A stretch of DNA of 53,840 nt from an uncultured Bacteroidales bacterium (GCA_965370965.1 CBDUWQ010000002.1:1-53840), one strand, 5' to 3'. Shown: positions 34,245-44,516, counted from the stretch's first letter. The notes: a model not told the origin generated them from the letters alone. Program-made: numbers and translations.

Positions 34245-35480
34245 TTTCCTATCCTCCATTAAAACCTTACCATCAACAATAACAGTATTAATACAGCTAC
34301 TGTTCATTGAATAAACAATGACCGAATAATAATCATAAATTGGCTGCATAAAAGTATTGTTTGTGTCAATTAGCAGTAAATCGGCATGTTTACCAACTTC
34401 TAAGCTGCCAATTTTATCATCTAAACCCAAAGCTTTTGCTCCATTTATGGTTGCCATTTTTAACGCCTCACGAGCAGGTATCAAGGTTGGATTATGATTT
34501 GTGCCTTTGTGAATAAGAGCTGCAAGCCGCATCTCTTCAACCATGTTTAAATTATTATTGCTTGCACAGCCATCGGTTCCTAATGCTACATTAATACCTT
34601 TTTCAAGATAATTAGGAATAGGTGCTATTCCGCTGCCAAGTTTTAAGTTGCTTGTGGGACAATGCACAATGCTTGCCCCTGTTTTTGCAAATAGTTGTTG
34701 CTCGCGCTTTGTAAGCCAAACACAATGGGCAGCCGCTGTTCTGTTTGTTAGCAGTCCTAAACTGTGTAAATATTGCGCAGGTGTTTTGTTTTGTTGTTGC
34801 TTTACTGTTTCAACCTCCTGTTGTGTTTCCGATAAGTGGGTACTTACTATTAGGTTACTATTTTGTGCCAGTTTATTTAATTGTTTAAGTGTATTGTTAT
34901 TACAAGCATAAGTTGAATGAAAAATTACAGCCGGTGTTATCAATCTGCTTGTTTTCCATTTTTCAACAAATGCTTGTGCCTTTAGTAAAGCTTCTGAGGC
35001 TGTTTTATAGCTATTTGTGGTAAAATCAACTACTGCCTCGTTCATTACGGCTCGCAATCCCATCTTTTCCGTTTCATCGGCAACTGCATCAGCAAAAAAA
35101 TACATATCACAAAAGGTGGTAGTTCCGGTACGTATCATCTCTTGTAAACCTAATCTTGCCGCTTTTCGTACATTTTCTTCATTTGTGTTTTTTGCCTCTG
35201 CCGGCCAAATATGCTCTTCTAACCACTCCTTTAACGGTAAATCATCGGCAATTCCGCGGTACATTGTCATTGGTAGGTGGGTATGTGCATTTACAAAACC
35301 TGGTATAATAATTTTTCCTTTAGCATCAATCAAATTGATATTTGTAAAAGGAGTGCCACTACCAATATCAGTAATTTTATTATTTGAAATTGTAATGTAT
35401 CCTTTATCAATAATTTCAGATTTACCATTCATAGTAATAATTACAGCATTATAAATGGTTTTATTATTTTGTTTTAACAT
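34233..35480 (-). CDS. Amidohydrolase-family deaminase (MTA/SAH deaminase MtaD-like)
   Basis: 415 aa with metal-ligand motifs NAHTHLPMT, STHLSE, HCV and GTDGCASNN, which are typical of the TRZ/ATZ-MtaD subgroup. Confidence 0.7.
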   Translation of the reverse strand: MLKQNNKTIYNAVIITMNGKSEIIDKGYITISNNKITDIGSGTPFTNINLIDAKGKIIIPGFVNAHTHLPMTMYRGIADDLPLKEWLEEHIWPAEAKNTNEENVRKAARLGLQEMIRTGTTTFCDMYFFADAVADETEKMGLRAVMNEAVVDFTTNSYKTASEALLKAQAFVEKWKTSRLITPAVIFHSTYACNNNTLKQLNKLAQNSNLIVSTHLSETQQEVETVKQQQNKTPAQYLHSLGLLTNRTAAAHCVWLTKREQQLFAKTGASIVHCPTSNLKLGSGIAPIPNYLEKGINVALGTDGCASNNNLNMVEEMRLAALIHKGTNHNPTLIPAREALKMATINGAKALGLDDKIGSLEVGKHADLLLIDTNNTFMQPIYDYYSVIVYSMNSSCINTVIVDGKVLMEDRKLTN

Positions 35481-35536
35481 CTCTAAATGTTTATTAGCAA
35501 CTTAAAATGGGAAATTACAATATATTGGAAAGCAAA

Positions 35537-35567
35537 CAAAAAAAGCTGTTCTTATTCAGAACAGCTT
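35537..35567 (-). terminator. Rho-independent terminator of the L31 gene
   Basis: The minus strand reads AAGCTGTTCT-GAATA-AGAACAGCTT followed by TTTTTTT. The stem is 10 bp and lies about 25 nt after the stop. Confidence 0.8.
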
Positions 35568-35592
35568 TATTAATATCGCGTAAGTATAAAAA

Positions 35593-35856
35593 TTACTTTT
35601 TATTTTTCTCGACGTGTTTTGCGTAACGACTACGGAATTTATCAACACGACCTGCTGTATCAACAAGTTTCATTTTACCCGTATAAAACGGATGCGATGA
35701 GCTTGAAATCTCAACCTTTACTAATGGATATTCTGTCCCTTCTAATTCTATCGTATCTTTTGTGTTGACAGTGCTTTTTGTAAGAAAAGTCTCATTGTTT
35801 GACATATCTTTAAACACAACAAGGCGATAATTCTCAGGATGTATTCCCTTTCTCAT
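35593..35856 (-). CDS. rpmE: 50S ribosomal protein L31, type B (Cys-free)
   Basis: 87 aa. [17 protein letters not shown]...HPFYTG is a strong family match, and there is no CxxC zinc motif. Confidence 0.93.
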   Translation of the reverse strand: MRKGIHPENYRLVVFKDMSNNETFLTKSTVNTKDTIELEGTEYPLVKVEISSSSHPFYTGKMKLVDTAGRVDKFRSRYAKHVEKNKK

Positions 35857-35932
35857 TTCTATATCTATTTAAAATTCAACTCTAAATAATTAGTTTGCGA
35901 AAGTAAGATTAAGTTTTTTAATTACAAAATAT

Positions 35933-37120
35933 TTATCTCTTTGTTTTACTTGTATTTTCATTAGTAAAACGCACAAATGGCTTTTCTCTGTCAAACAAGT
36001 ACCTGTAAGTAATATGAGTTTTTGCCTTGGTGGTGTTGTCCATTATCTTATACATTTTATTTACCGTTTCATTATAGTCTCCCACCCAGCTCATCTCTAA
36101 TTCGGTAATACCGTGTTTTTTACAAGCATCAACCATATTTAAAAATAAAGGACCTATAATACCTGCTTTTTGATACTCGGGTATTACACCTGATACCAAC
36201 TGGCGCGAGCGCGTTATGCTATGCTTTTTGTGATATAGCAATTTTAATTTATTAATAAGTGTGAGTTTTCCGTTTTTAAGCTTTTTAAATACCTGATTAA
36301 AATCCGGAAAAGTAACAATCATTCCAATAGGCCTGTCCTCATCATATGCAAATACAATAAACTCTTCATTTAATAGGGGTTTTGCATCTAAAAACACCTT
36401 TTCGAATTCTTCAATAGCAATAGGAGTGTATTCTTCATGAAAATCGGACCAAACGGCATTGTAAATCTCAACTACATCTTTAATATATTTTTTATGATTG
36501 TTAAAGCGCATATGATCCCATTTATAGTTGGGTTTGCGCATTACAAAGCGGGCAAATTTCTCCTGCCGCTCCGGAAAAGGCTTGGTTAAATCAGAATGGT
36601 AGCTATACTGCTCAAAATAGGTTTTAAAACCATAATTCTCAAACAACTGTTTGTAATACGGAAAGTTGTAGGGCATTCCATAAGCCTGATGCATAAAACC
36701 CTCTATCAATAAACCCCAATGCACATAGTTTTCACCAAAATTTATAGGTCCGTCCATAGCCTCCATGCCTTTTGACACTAGCCATGCTTTAGCAACATCA
36801 AACAGCTTATTGGCAGCCTCTTGACTATTTGTACACTCAAAAAAACCTATTCCGCCGGTAGTTTGCCCATGGTTTGGGTTATTGGCCTTTTTCATATCAT
36901 AAAAAGCAGCAACACGCCCAATTACCATTTCGTTTTCATCAAGCAAAATCCATCTGCATGCATCGCCATTGACAAAGCAGATATTTTGCTTTGGGTTAAA
37001 TATATTTTTAATTTCAGCATCTAAAATACATGTCCAGTTATTATCGCCTTTATATAACCGTTTGGGAAGGTCAAGAAAATGGCGTTTTGTCTTTTTGTCT
37101 TTTACTTCATTTATTATCAT
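35933..37120 (-). CDS. Conserved hypothetical protein, possibly GNAT-fold acyltransferase
   Basis: 395 aa in a long clean ORF. The C-terminal SRQLVSGVIPEYQKAGIIGPLF resembles the acyl-CoA-binding loop of GNAT folds. The assignment is weak. Confidence 0.4.
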   Translation of the reverse strand: MIINEVKDKKTKRHFLDLPKRLYKGDNNWTCILDAEIKNIFNPKQNICFVNGDACRWILLDENEMVIGRVAAFYDMKKANNPNHGQTTGGIGFFECTNSQEAANKLFDVAKAWLVSKGMEAMDGPINFGENYVHWGLLIEGFMHQAYGMPYNFPYYKQLFENYGFKTYFEQYSYHSDLTKPFPERQEKFARFVMRKPNYKWDHMRFNNHKKYIKDVVEIYNAVWSDFHEEYTPIAIEEFEKVFLDAKPLLNEEFIVFAYDEDRPIGMIVTFPDFNQVFKKLKNGKLTLINKLKLLYHKKHSITRSRQLVSGVIPEYQKAGIIGPLFLNMVDACKKHGITELEMSWVGDYNETVNKMYKIMDNTTKAKTHITYRYLFDREKPFVRFTNENTSKTKR

Positions 37121-37252
37121 AACATTAGACTTTTATTTATTAACTTATGATATTTCCCGAAAAACGGGACAGGCTGCATATTTTTTTGCAAGATATTATA
37201 TTTAAAACAAGCTAAAATACTTATAAATATTGAAATGGTCGAATGAGATTGG

Positions 37253-37307
37253 TCAATCATTTTCTTCAATCTATAATCAATCTTACTCAATCTATTTCTT
37301 CAATCTA
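37253..37307. repeat. Array of five TCAATC(T/A)(A/T) direct repeats spaced 10-13 bp
   Basis: TCAATCA occurs at 37253, TCAATCTA at 37266, TCAATCTT at 37277, TCAATCTA at 37287 and TCAATCTA at 37300. The array lies upstream of the 35933-37120 gene. Confidence 0.6.
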
Positions 37308-37325
37308 TTTTCCGGCTTATCCAAA

Positions 37326-38171
37326 TTAGGTATTAATAAATTTATTTAAACTAAAGCTCTCTTTTACCACAATCCCCTTTTTGTTTTTTTCAACTGTACA
37401 GCACTCTGTATCAATATCGTGTTCAAAAAACAGTGTCATGCTATTTTTAACTGCCGATTCAAGCAACTCCTCCTTTTCATTAAGCACATCAAGCTGAAAC
37501 AAATCAAATGCCGATATATAAGATAACGGCACATTTGCCATGGTTGGAATTAAATCGGCACAAAAAACCAGTTTTTTTCCATTATAATCAATTACAGGTA
37601 TTATCTGCCCTCGCGTATGTCCGTTGGCAAACAATACATAAAACCCGGGGAATAGCTCTCCCTCTTCATAAATAAAATTTAAGTTACCGTTATCCTGCAT
37701 TGGCAATATATTCTCAGGAGGAAATGCCGGAGCCTCTCGCTTATTAGGCTTTGTTACCCAGTTCCAGTGAGTTTTACTTACCCATAGTTTAGCATTGGGA
37801 AAAGTTGGTATGGCTTTACCGTTAATATCATTTTTTAATGTTCCGCCGCAATGGTCAAAATGCAGGTGTGTATGCACCACATCGGTAATATCTTCGGGTT
37901 CATACCCTGCTTTTTTTATTGATTTTACCAATTCTCCATCCCCATTTATGTAATGATATTTAAAAAACTTTTCATCTTGTTTGTTGCCTTGACCCGAATC
38001 AATTAGTATTTTTCTATCATCGGTAATAACCAACAGGCTTCGCATAACAATGTTGCATAAATTGTTTTCGTTGCAACTATATTTTTTTTGCCACATTGTT
38101 TTAGGAATTACACCAAACAGCGCTCCTCCGTCTATCATCATATTTCCACAATCAATAACATGAAGTTCCAT
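37326..38171 (-). CDS. MBL-fold metallo-hydrolase
   Basis: It carries the HxHxDH motif HTHLHFDHCGG. The track start at 38222 is a TTG inside a low-complexity leader, and the ATG at 38171 (MELHVIDCG) is preferred. Confidence 0.8.
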   Translation of the reverse strand: MELHVIDCGNMMIDGGALFGVIPKTMWQKKYSCNENNLCNIVMRSLLVITDDRKILIDSGQGNKQDEKFFKYHYINGDGELVKSIKKAGYEPEDITDVVHTHLHFDHCGGTLKNDINGKAIPTFPNAKLWVSKTHWNWVTKPNKREAPAFPPENILPMQDNGNLNFIYEEGELFPGFYVLFANGHTRGQIIPVIDYNGKKLVFCADLIPTMANVPLSYISAFDLFQLDVLNEKEELLESAVKNSMTLFFEHDIDTECCTVEKNKKGIVVKESFSLNKFINT

Positions 38172-38224
38172 AATAAAATAGTTTTTACGAAAGTAATAAT
38201 TATAATATTTATAATTTTGCAATC

Positions 38225-38818
38225 ATGTTAAAAATGTTATTTATACCCGCAATATTTGCAATATTTAGTCAGGTGGTTTTTTCACAAAATACTTACTCTG
38301 ATAGTGCAAAAATTTTGGGTACTGTTGTTATTGAAGGTGACACACTACCAAATTATAATATAAAAGAGGTTAAGGTTTTCCCGAAAAGGGAGTTTAAAAA
38401 CAGAAGACAGCGGCGCAAATATAACAGGTTAATACGCAATGTTAAAAAAGCCTATCCATTTGCAATTATAGCCCGTAAAGAGTTACGCATAATGAACGAT
38501 AGTTTGCAATATATTGAAGGTGATAAAGCAAGAAAAAAGTTTATAAAGAGATATGAAAAGGAGATGTTTTTGCGTTATGAGGATGATTTACGAAAACTGA
38601 CTTTTTCGCAAGGAAAAATTCTTATTAAGTTAGTTTATCGTGAAATTGGTAACACTTCATATTATTTAGTTAAAGAATACAGGGGTTCTTTTTCGGCTTT
38701 TTTCTGGCAAGGCGTTGCACGCATTTTTGGGTCGAACCTTAAAAGCACATACGACCCTTACGGAGATGATGCCGAAATTGAATTTATTATTCAAATGATT
38801 GAGGCAGGCATTATTTAA
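38225..38818 (+). CDS. Hypothetical secreted protein (possibly DUF4294-like)
   Basis: 197 aa with a signal peptide MLKMLFIPAIFAIFSQVVFSQ and a basic RRQRRKYNRL segment. No catalytic motif was recognised. Confidence 0.5.
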   Translation: MLKMLFIPAIFAIFSQVVFSQNTYSDSAKILGTVVIEGDTLPNYNIKEVKVFPKREFKNRRQRRKYNRLIRNVKKAYPFAIIARKELRIMNDSLQYIEGDKARKKFIKRYEKEMFLRYEDDLRKLTFSQGKILIKLVYREIGNTSYYLVKEYRGSFSAFFWQGVARIFGSNLKSTYDPYGDDAEIEFIIQMIEAGII

Positions 38819-38839
38819 CATGAATTATTCATGAAAAGG

Positions 38840-39574
38840 TTAAAAACGGTATCCAACTGCTAAACCATATCTGAAATTGGCAAAGTTAAACGAGCTTGTA
38901 TATTTTTTACCCGACTGAAATTTAACTTTTTCATCGATGCTTATATCACCAAATTTCTCATTAATAAAATCTTCAATCTTTTCAGGCAAATCACTTTCAC
39001 CATTTATTTCTATACCCATTGTATAATAATACCAGCTTACCCGGGGTCCAAATGCCATAAAATCAAGCAGCCACCTTTTTTTATAAACAATTTGGTAACC
39101 TAACTGCAACCCCAGCCCTATTTCAGTTAAATCGGCATTAAAATAAGCTGTAACATTATAACCAGGCAGCCTATCTTCTATAGTTGCATTCAATTCAAAA
39201 TATAAATATCTGCCATATCCACCTATATAAAATCCCGATGAAAGTTTTGACTCGCTGCATTTAATCAGATAGTGCCTATACTCAGGTGTTATAGTAAAAC
39301 CAATTAATTCATTTTCTGTTACCTCAAAACCTTTACCCCTAATCATAAAAAAAACCGGTGGGGCACTGGCCGGGTGATAACTAACACCCAATGAAACAGT
39401 ATTGTGCGATGTTAAATTACGCTCATACATTACCGAATACGACTTTATACCAAGAGAAACAAGATTAAGCTTTATACCATTTTTTCTATATACTGCTGAA
39501 TCCTGAGAAGATACATGTACAGCAGAAATAATAAAAATAAACAATATACTGATTGTTTTTATGGAGGTTTTCAT
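38840..39574 (-). CDS. Outer-membrane beta-barrel protein (DUF3575-like)
   Basis: 244 aa with a signal peptide and alternating aromatic/hydrophobic beta-strand pattern. The C-terminal GYRF has the terminal Phe typical of OMPs. Confidence 0.6.
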   Translation of the reverse strand: MKTSIKTISILFIFIISAVHVSSQDSAVYRKNGIKLNLVSLGIKSYSVMYERNLTSHNTVSLGVSYHPASAPPVFFMIRGKGFEVTENELIGFTITPEYRHYLIKCSESKLSSGFYIGGYGRYLYFELNATIEDRLPGYNVTAYFNADLTEIGLGLQLGYQIVYKKRWLLDFMAFGPRVSWYYYTMGIEINGESDLPEKIEDFINEKFGDISIDEKVKFQSGKKYTSSFNFANFRYGLAVGYRF

Positions 39575-39708
39575 AAAGTTTTATCAATAAAATAGGTTAA
39601 AAGAATACATATTAAATATAGCATATTTTTAACACAACACCCTATTTTGAACCTAAATTCTGCTATAAAAATGTAATGCAACTTGCAAATAATGTAAAAT
39701 ACAAGTAT

Positions 39709-40062
39709 CTATTTTTCTTCTTTTAAATCTTCAAACTCAACATTAGTAAATTCCGAATCATCAATTTCATCTTTCTCTTTCATCTCCGGCTGATTCTTTC
39801 TTATAAAGTCAACTACTTCACTTAAGCCTTCGGCAAATTTGTCAAAATCTTCTTTGTATAGAAATAATTTATGCTTTTCAAAATGGAACTTACCATCTTG
39901 GTCATAACGTTTTTTGCTTTCTGTAATAGTTAAATAATAATCATCGCGCCTTGTAGCCTTAACATCAAAAAAATATGTGCGCTTACCGGCTCTTACAGAT
40001 TTTGAAAAAATATCATCTCTCACTTTTCTATTATCTTTCTTATCAAATCCTTCCATCATCAA
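39709..40062 (-). CDS. PUR-alpha-like DNA/RNA-binding protein (DUF3276)
   Basis: 117 aa. VRAGKRTYFFDVKATRRDDYYLTITESKK and the acidic tail match the Bacteroidota PUR-like family. Confidence 0.8.
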   Translation of the reverse strand: MMMEGFDKKDNRKVRDDIFSKSVRAGKRTYFFDVKATRRDDYYLTITESKKRYDQDGKFHFEKHKLFLYKEDFDKFAEGLSEVVDFIRKNQPEMKEKDEIDDSEFTNVEFEDLKEEK

Positions 40063-40280
40063 AATTTATTATGATTATAAAACTCCACTTATTCAAATCT
40101 ATCAAATATACTGATAGAAACATCAATTCAAATAAACAAATTTGTTTGTTAAAAAAGAAACATCTGAATAAATAAATTATAAACAACCAAAATAAACACG
40201 CTATTTATTTAGAGCATTGCAAAAAAAACTTAATTTTACAGCCATTTATAACTATTTTTCAAAAAAGGCTCTTTAAACAG

Positions 40281-41222
40281 ATGATTAGCAGACGATTATT
40301 GAGAATTAAGGTATTGCATATTTTATATGCATATTTTAACAGTAAAGATGAGGGGTTATTACGATACGAAAAAAATCTTTTTTTCAGTATCGAGAAATCG
40401 TATGATTTATACCACCTGTTTTTTTTATTATTACTTGATGTTAAGGAGTATGCCTCCCAAAGGATTGAATTGGCAAAAAATAAGAGAATACCTACCGATA
40501 ATGATTTGAACCCCAATTTCAAATTTATTGAAAATCAAATTATTAAGCAATTATCAAACACCAGTAGGTTTTACAAATATATTGATGAAAAAAAACTGAC
40601 CTGGATAAACCACCCTGAACTTATTAAAAGTATATATAATGATTTGCTTAATTCGGAAACCTATAAAAAGTATATGGCAACCGATGATATATCATACAAA
40701 TCAGATAAGGATTTTATCATAAGCTTTTTTTCTGAATATTTGCCAAATAGCGATTTATTGTATCAAATACTTGAAGAACATTCAATTTATTGGAATGACG
40801 ATATTGAATTTGTGCTTAGTATGAATATTAAAACCATTCAACGATTAAAACCTGCCAAAAACGACATAAATCTTTTTCAACTATTTAAAAATGACGACGA
40901 TAAGGATTTTGTAAAAAAACTTTTTAGAATGGTGATTTTAAACCATGAGGCAAATTTAGTTATAATTCAGGCACAATTAAAAAATTGGGATTTTGACCGC
41001 GTTGCACAAATGGATTTACTTGTACTTGAAATGGCCATTACTGAAATTGTTGAGTTCCCTAGTATTCCTGTTAAAGTAAGCTTTAACGAGTATATTGAGT
41101 TGGTTAAGTTTTATAGCACCAACCGTAGCAACGCTTTTGTAAATGGTGTTTTAGATAAAATAATAATTAAGCTTAAAAAAGAGGGGAAAATTCAAAAAGC
41201 AGGACGAGGCTTAAAGGAATAA
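40281..41222 (+). CDS. nusB: Transcription antitermination factor NusB, long Bacteroidota form
   Basis: 313 aa with the N-terminus MISRRLLRIKVLHILYAYF and the C-terminal NusB core DRVAQMDLLVLEMAITEIVEF..VSFNEYIELVKFYST..FVNGVLDK. Confidence 0.85.
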   Translation: MISRRLLRIKVLHILYAYFNSKDEGLLRYEKNLFFSIEKSYDLYHLFFLLLLDVKEYASQRIELAKNKRIPTDNDLNPNFKFIENQIIKQLSNTSRFYKYIDEKKLTWINHPELIKSIYNDLLNSETYKKYMATDDISYKSDKDFIISFFSEYLPNSDLLYQILEEHSIYWNDDIEFVLSMNIKTIQRLKPAKNDINLFQLFKNDDDKDFVKKLFRMVILNHEANLVIIQAQLKNWDFDRVAQMDLLVLEMAITEIVEFPSIPVKVSFNEYIELVKFYSTNRSNAFVNGVLDKIIIKLKKEGKIQKAGRGLKE

Positions 41223-41279
41223 ATAAAATTTAAAAAATGGTTCACTTTTTGTAGTAAGCCACTCATTAAAAAAAATAAA

Positions 41280-41735
41280 ATGAGATTTAGTGTAATTATA
41301 ATAATTGTATTTATTGGCAGTTTAAGCTGCACAAACAAAAAATCTGATAAAATAGCTATATCAACCGATTTGATAGAAAATCCTATAACTGCATCAGGAA
41401 AATCAGATATTAGTGTATTGCCTGTAATAAAGTTCAACAAAGAACAACATGATTTTGGACTTATATTACAAGGTGAAAAAGTGTCATATACATTCAAATT
41501 TAAAAATATTGGTAAGGGCGAATTAATTGTAAAAGATGTTTCGTCAACATGCGGCTGCACAGTTCCAAAATTCTCAAAAGAACCTATTGCCTCAGGAGGC
41601 TCGGGTAAAATTGAAGTTATTTTTGACTCAAACAACCGCAGTGGGAGGCAAGTAAAAACCATAACTGTATGGACAAATTGCCAACCAAACCAAACCAAAC
41701 TTCAAATTGTATCAGAAATTGTTTTACCAAAATAA
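41280..41735 (+). CDS. DUF1573 domain-containing lipoprotein
   Basis: It has a lipobox-like LSC. The DUF1573 pattern is present: HDFGLILQGEKVSYTFKFKNIGKGELIVKDVSSTCGCTVP...GGSGKIEVIF. Confidence 0.85.
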   Translation: MRFSVIIIIVFIGSLSCTNKKSDKIAISTDLIENPITASGKSDISVLPVIKFNKEQHDFGLILQGEKVSYTFKFKNIGKGELIVKDVSSTCGCTVPKFSKEPIASGGSGKIEVIFDSNNRSGRQVKTITVWTNCQPNQTKLQIVSEIVLPK

Positions 41736-41745
41736 ATTTTAAAAA

Positions 41746-42069
41746 ATGAACTTATTAACTATTTTTTTAATGCAGTCACAAGGTGAGGATGCTAATCCAA
41801 TGGGATCACTATTACCTTTAGTAGCAATTATTGCAATCTTTTATTTCTTTATGATACGTCCCCAAATGAAGAAACAAAAAGAGACACGCCAATTTCGCGA
41901 TGGATTAAATAAAGGCGATAAAGTACTAACCGTAGGTGGAATTTACGGAAAAATAAGTGAGCTTAAGGATACTACAGTAATACTTGAAATAGCTGACGGC
42001 GTAAGAATTAAAGTTGACAAAGCCGGGTTAGTTAAAGATAATACAGACGTATCTGCCGGACAAAAGTAA
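41746..42069 (+). CDS. yajC: Preprotein translocase subunit YajC
   Basis: 107 aa with a single TM helix, then MIRPQMKKQKE..LNKGDKVLTVGGIYGKI. Confidence 0.9.
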   Translation: MNLLTIFLMQSQGEDANPMGSLLPLVAIIAIFYFFMIRPQMKKQKETRQFRDGLNKGDKVLTVGGIYGKISELKDTTVILEIADGVRIKVDKAGLVKDNTDVSAGQK

Positions 42070-42077
42070 ATGTAAAT

Positions 42078-42106
42078 TGCGGCTATTAATCAGATTAATA
42101 GCCGCA
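42078..42106 (+). terminator. 13-bp perfect hairpin after yajC (terminator or attenuator, weak U-tract)
   Basis: TGCGGCTATTAAT-CAG-ATTAATAGCCGCA is followed by GTTTCC. Confidence 0.5.
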
Positions 42107-42141
42107 GTTTCCAAAAGAGAAATATAAATTAAATCCAAAAA

Positions 42142-43143
42142 TTGGAATCAAAAGCATTTCATAAACTAAAAGAGTTACTCAACAATAAAATACTTCAGCG
42201 AATTGATCGCAAAATATTAACGTATCTTGTATTTGTTGGGATTGCTACTGTTTTTTGGTTTTTGAATGAGCTGAGTAATAATTATATTACCACCTTAAAT
42301 TATCCGGTTAGGTTTATTAATGTACCTAAAAACAAAATTTTGGTAAGCGATTTACCAAAAAGCCTTAAGCTAAATGTTAATGGTTACGGATATACACTTT
42401 TAGGATATAAACTAAGTCCGGCTGCCTACCCTTTAATTATTAATATTGAGGAGTTCAGTAATAATATTGATAACCCTGCAATAAAACAATTTAAGTTACA
42501 AACCCGATATATACGTGAGAGCATAAACAAACAAATGCCCAACAATATTGAGGTACTTGATATTTTACCCGATACAATACTATTTCAGTTTGCCAATATA
42601 ATAAGTAAAAAAGTTGCCATTAAACCTAATGTAAAGCTTGAATTTGACGAGCAGTGCATGTTAAATAGTGACATATCATTTAAGCCCGATTCAATTTTAG
42701 TTAGTGGACCAAATACAATAATTGACACGTTATTGGCAGTATTTACCAAATACCATGAGTTTGACAGGCTAAGCAAACCATTGGATAAAAGTGTTTTTTT
42801 AAAGAAAATAAATAAAATCATATTCGATAAAAAAAAGACTATGATGCATTTGCCGGTATCAAAATTTACTCAGGCAAATTTTGAAGTGGCTATTCAAGCA
42901 CGAAATGTGCCCGATTCGTTTGAACTTAAAACATTTCCAAGAATTGTTAAGGTAGCTTGCCTAATATCATTAAACGAATATGATAAAATTAAAGCTAAGG
43001 ACTTTGTTATTGATGTTGATTATCTTGATATTGAAAAATTATTAGGTCAAAAGCTTACATTAAACCTTGCATTGGAGCCTGCCAATGTTAAAATGGTAAA
43101 ATACTATCCCGAAAGTGTTGAGTTTATTTTAGATAAAAAGTAA
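42142..43143 (+). CDS. YbbR-like domain-containing protein
   Basis: 333 aa with an N-terminal TM helix and repeated beta-rich modules. Its position between yajC and coaE is conserved in Bacteroidota. The start is a TTG. Confidence 0.55.
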   Translation: MESKAFHKLKELLNNKILQRIDRKILTYLVFVGIATVFWFLNELSNNYITTLNYPVRFINVPKNKILVSDLPKSLKLNVNGYGYTLLGYKLSPAAYPLIINIEEFSNNIDNPAIKQFKLQTRYIRESINKQMPNNIEVLDILPDTILFQFANIISKKVAIKPNVKLEFDEQCMLNSDISFKPDSILVSGPNTIIDTLLAVFTKYHEFDRLSKPLDKSVFLKKINKIIFDKKKTMMHLPVSKFTQANFEVAIQARNVPDSFELKTFPRIVKVACLISLNEYDKIKAKDFVIDVDYLDIEKLLGQKLTLNLALEPANVKMVKYYPESVEFILDKK

Positions 43144-43724
43144 TGATTATAATTGGGTTAACAGGAGGAATAGGGGCAGGCAAATCATTTGTGGCAGGCA
43201 AGTTTAAAAAAAAAGGTGTGCCTGTTTATAATTCAGACATACGTGCAAAAGAGTTAATGGAAACCCACCAATTAATAAAAAAAGAGCTAATCAATAAATT
43301 TGGCACTAAAGTTTTTAAAAATAACACCTTAAACCGAAAACTAATTGCCAATAGTATATTTTCTGATAAATTATTGCTTACATGGATAAACGAACTGGTG
43401 CATCCGGTAGTAAAAAAAGATTTTGAACAATGGAAGGGTAAAAAAAAATCAACAATAGTATTAAAAGAAGCCGCAATTTTAGTTGAGAGCGGCGCTTATA
43501 AACAGTGCAATAAAGTAATTGTTGTAACTGCACCCAAACCTTTACGAATAAAAAGGGTTGTGGAGCGTGACAATATTACATATGAAGAAACAAACAGACG
43601 TATTGAAAACCAGATTTCAGATTCCGAAAGACTTAAATATGCCGATTATACTATTATTAATGATGGCATAAAGATTGTTACTGACCAAGTTGATGAAATT
43701 TTAAATGATTTATTAAATGAATAA
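43143..43724 (+). CDS. coaE: Dephospho-CoA kinase
   Basis: 193 aa with the P-loop IIGLTGGIGAGKS. The start overlaps the preceding stop (TAATG). Confidence 0.9.
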   Translation: MIIIGLTGGIGAGKSFVAGKFKKKGVPVYNSDIRAKELMETHQLIKKELINKFGTKVFKNNTLNRKLIANSIFSDKLLLTWINELVHPVVKKDFEQWKGKKKSTIVLKEAAILVESGAYKQCNKVIVVTAPKPLRIKRVVERDNITYEETNRRIENQISDSERLKYADYTIINDGIKIVTDQVDEILNDLLNE

Positions 43725-43787
43725 ATAGATTACTGAATAAGAAATGAGAAATAAGAATAACAAAAATAATAACAACAAATAAATAGT

Positions 43788-44516
43788 ATGGCTTTAGGAA
43801 AATGGATAGCCGGTGGTTTAGGCTGGGCGGTTTTTGGCCCCATTGGCGGAATTATAGGATTTTTAGTTGGAAGTGCTTTTGACGGCTCTAATGGTACAAA
43901 AATTTCGGGAAAAAGAAGGGCTCCGGGACCAACTACAAGGGGCGATTTTATGGTAAGCTTAATTGTTCTCACGGCAGCAGTTATGAAAGCCGATGGAGTT
44001 GTAAAAAAAGGAGAGCTTGATTATGTAAAACGGTATTTTTCACAATCGTTTGGCAATGAGGCTGCCAACGATTCTGTAAAGATATTGCGCGACGTACTTA
44101 AAAAGCCAATACCGATAAACGATGTTGCCCGTCAAATTGGGCAATATCTTGATAACTCATCAAAATTACAATTGCTACACTATTTATTTGGCATAGCTAA
44201 TGTTGATGGACATACCCATGAAAGTGAGGTTGAAATTATAAAAATTATTTCAACCGGTATGGGTGTTGGCAGTAGTGATTTTACTTCAATTAAAGCAATG
44301 TTTTTCAGCGACATGAATGTTGCATACAGCATTTTGGGTGTAGATAAAAACGCATCGAATGAAGATATTAAAAAATCATATAGAAAAATGGCTGTTGAAT
44401 ATCATCCCGATAAGGTTTCGTACTTAGGTGAAGATATTCAAAAATCGGCAAAACAAAAGTTTCAAAAAATTAATGAGGCATACAATTCTATAAAAAAAGA
44501 ACGTAGAATTGCTTAA
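43788..44516 (+). CDS. DnaJ-domain membrane co-chaperone with TerB-like domain (DjlA-like)
   Basis: It has a Gly-rich N-terminal TM segment and a TerB-like middle region. The C-terminal J domain reads AYSILGVDKNASNEDIKKSYRKMAVEYHPDK. Confidence 0.8.
   Translation: MALGKWIAGGLGWAVFGPIGGIIGFLVGSAFDGSNGTKISGKRRAPGPTTRGDFMVSLIVLTAAVMKADGVVKKGELDYVKRYFSQSFGNEAANDSVKILRDVLKKPIPINDVARQIGQYLDNSSKLQLLHYLFGIANVDGHTHESEVEIIKIISTGMGVGSSDFTSIKAMFFSDMNVAYSILGVDKNASNEDIKKSYRKMAVEYHPDKVSYLGEDIQKSAKQKFQKINEAYNSIKKERRIA

Noticed and set aside
34648-35454. Plus-strand ORFs 34648-34911 and 35017-35454
   Set aside because: They are antisense to the amidohydrolase gene, and their Cys/Ser/Phe-rich composition is unlike real proteins.
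40259-40522. 87-aa minus-strand ORF and 60-aa plus-strand ORF at the nusB 5' end
   Set aside because: They overlap nusB, whose N-terminus MISRRLLRIKVLHILYAYF is a good family match. They are shadow ORFs.
41192-41698. 168-aa minus-strand ORF
   Set aside because: It is antisense to the DUF1573 gene, which shows the full family pattern (HDFG..CGCT..) and a lipoprotein signal on the plus strand.
43730-43972. 80-aa minus-strand ORF rich in Pro
   Set aside because: It is the antisense shadow of the Gly-rich N-terminus of the DnaJ/TerB-like gene.
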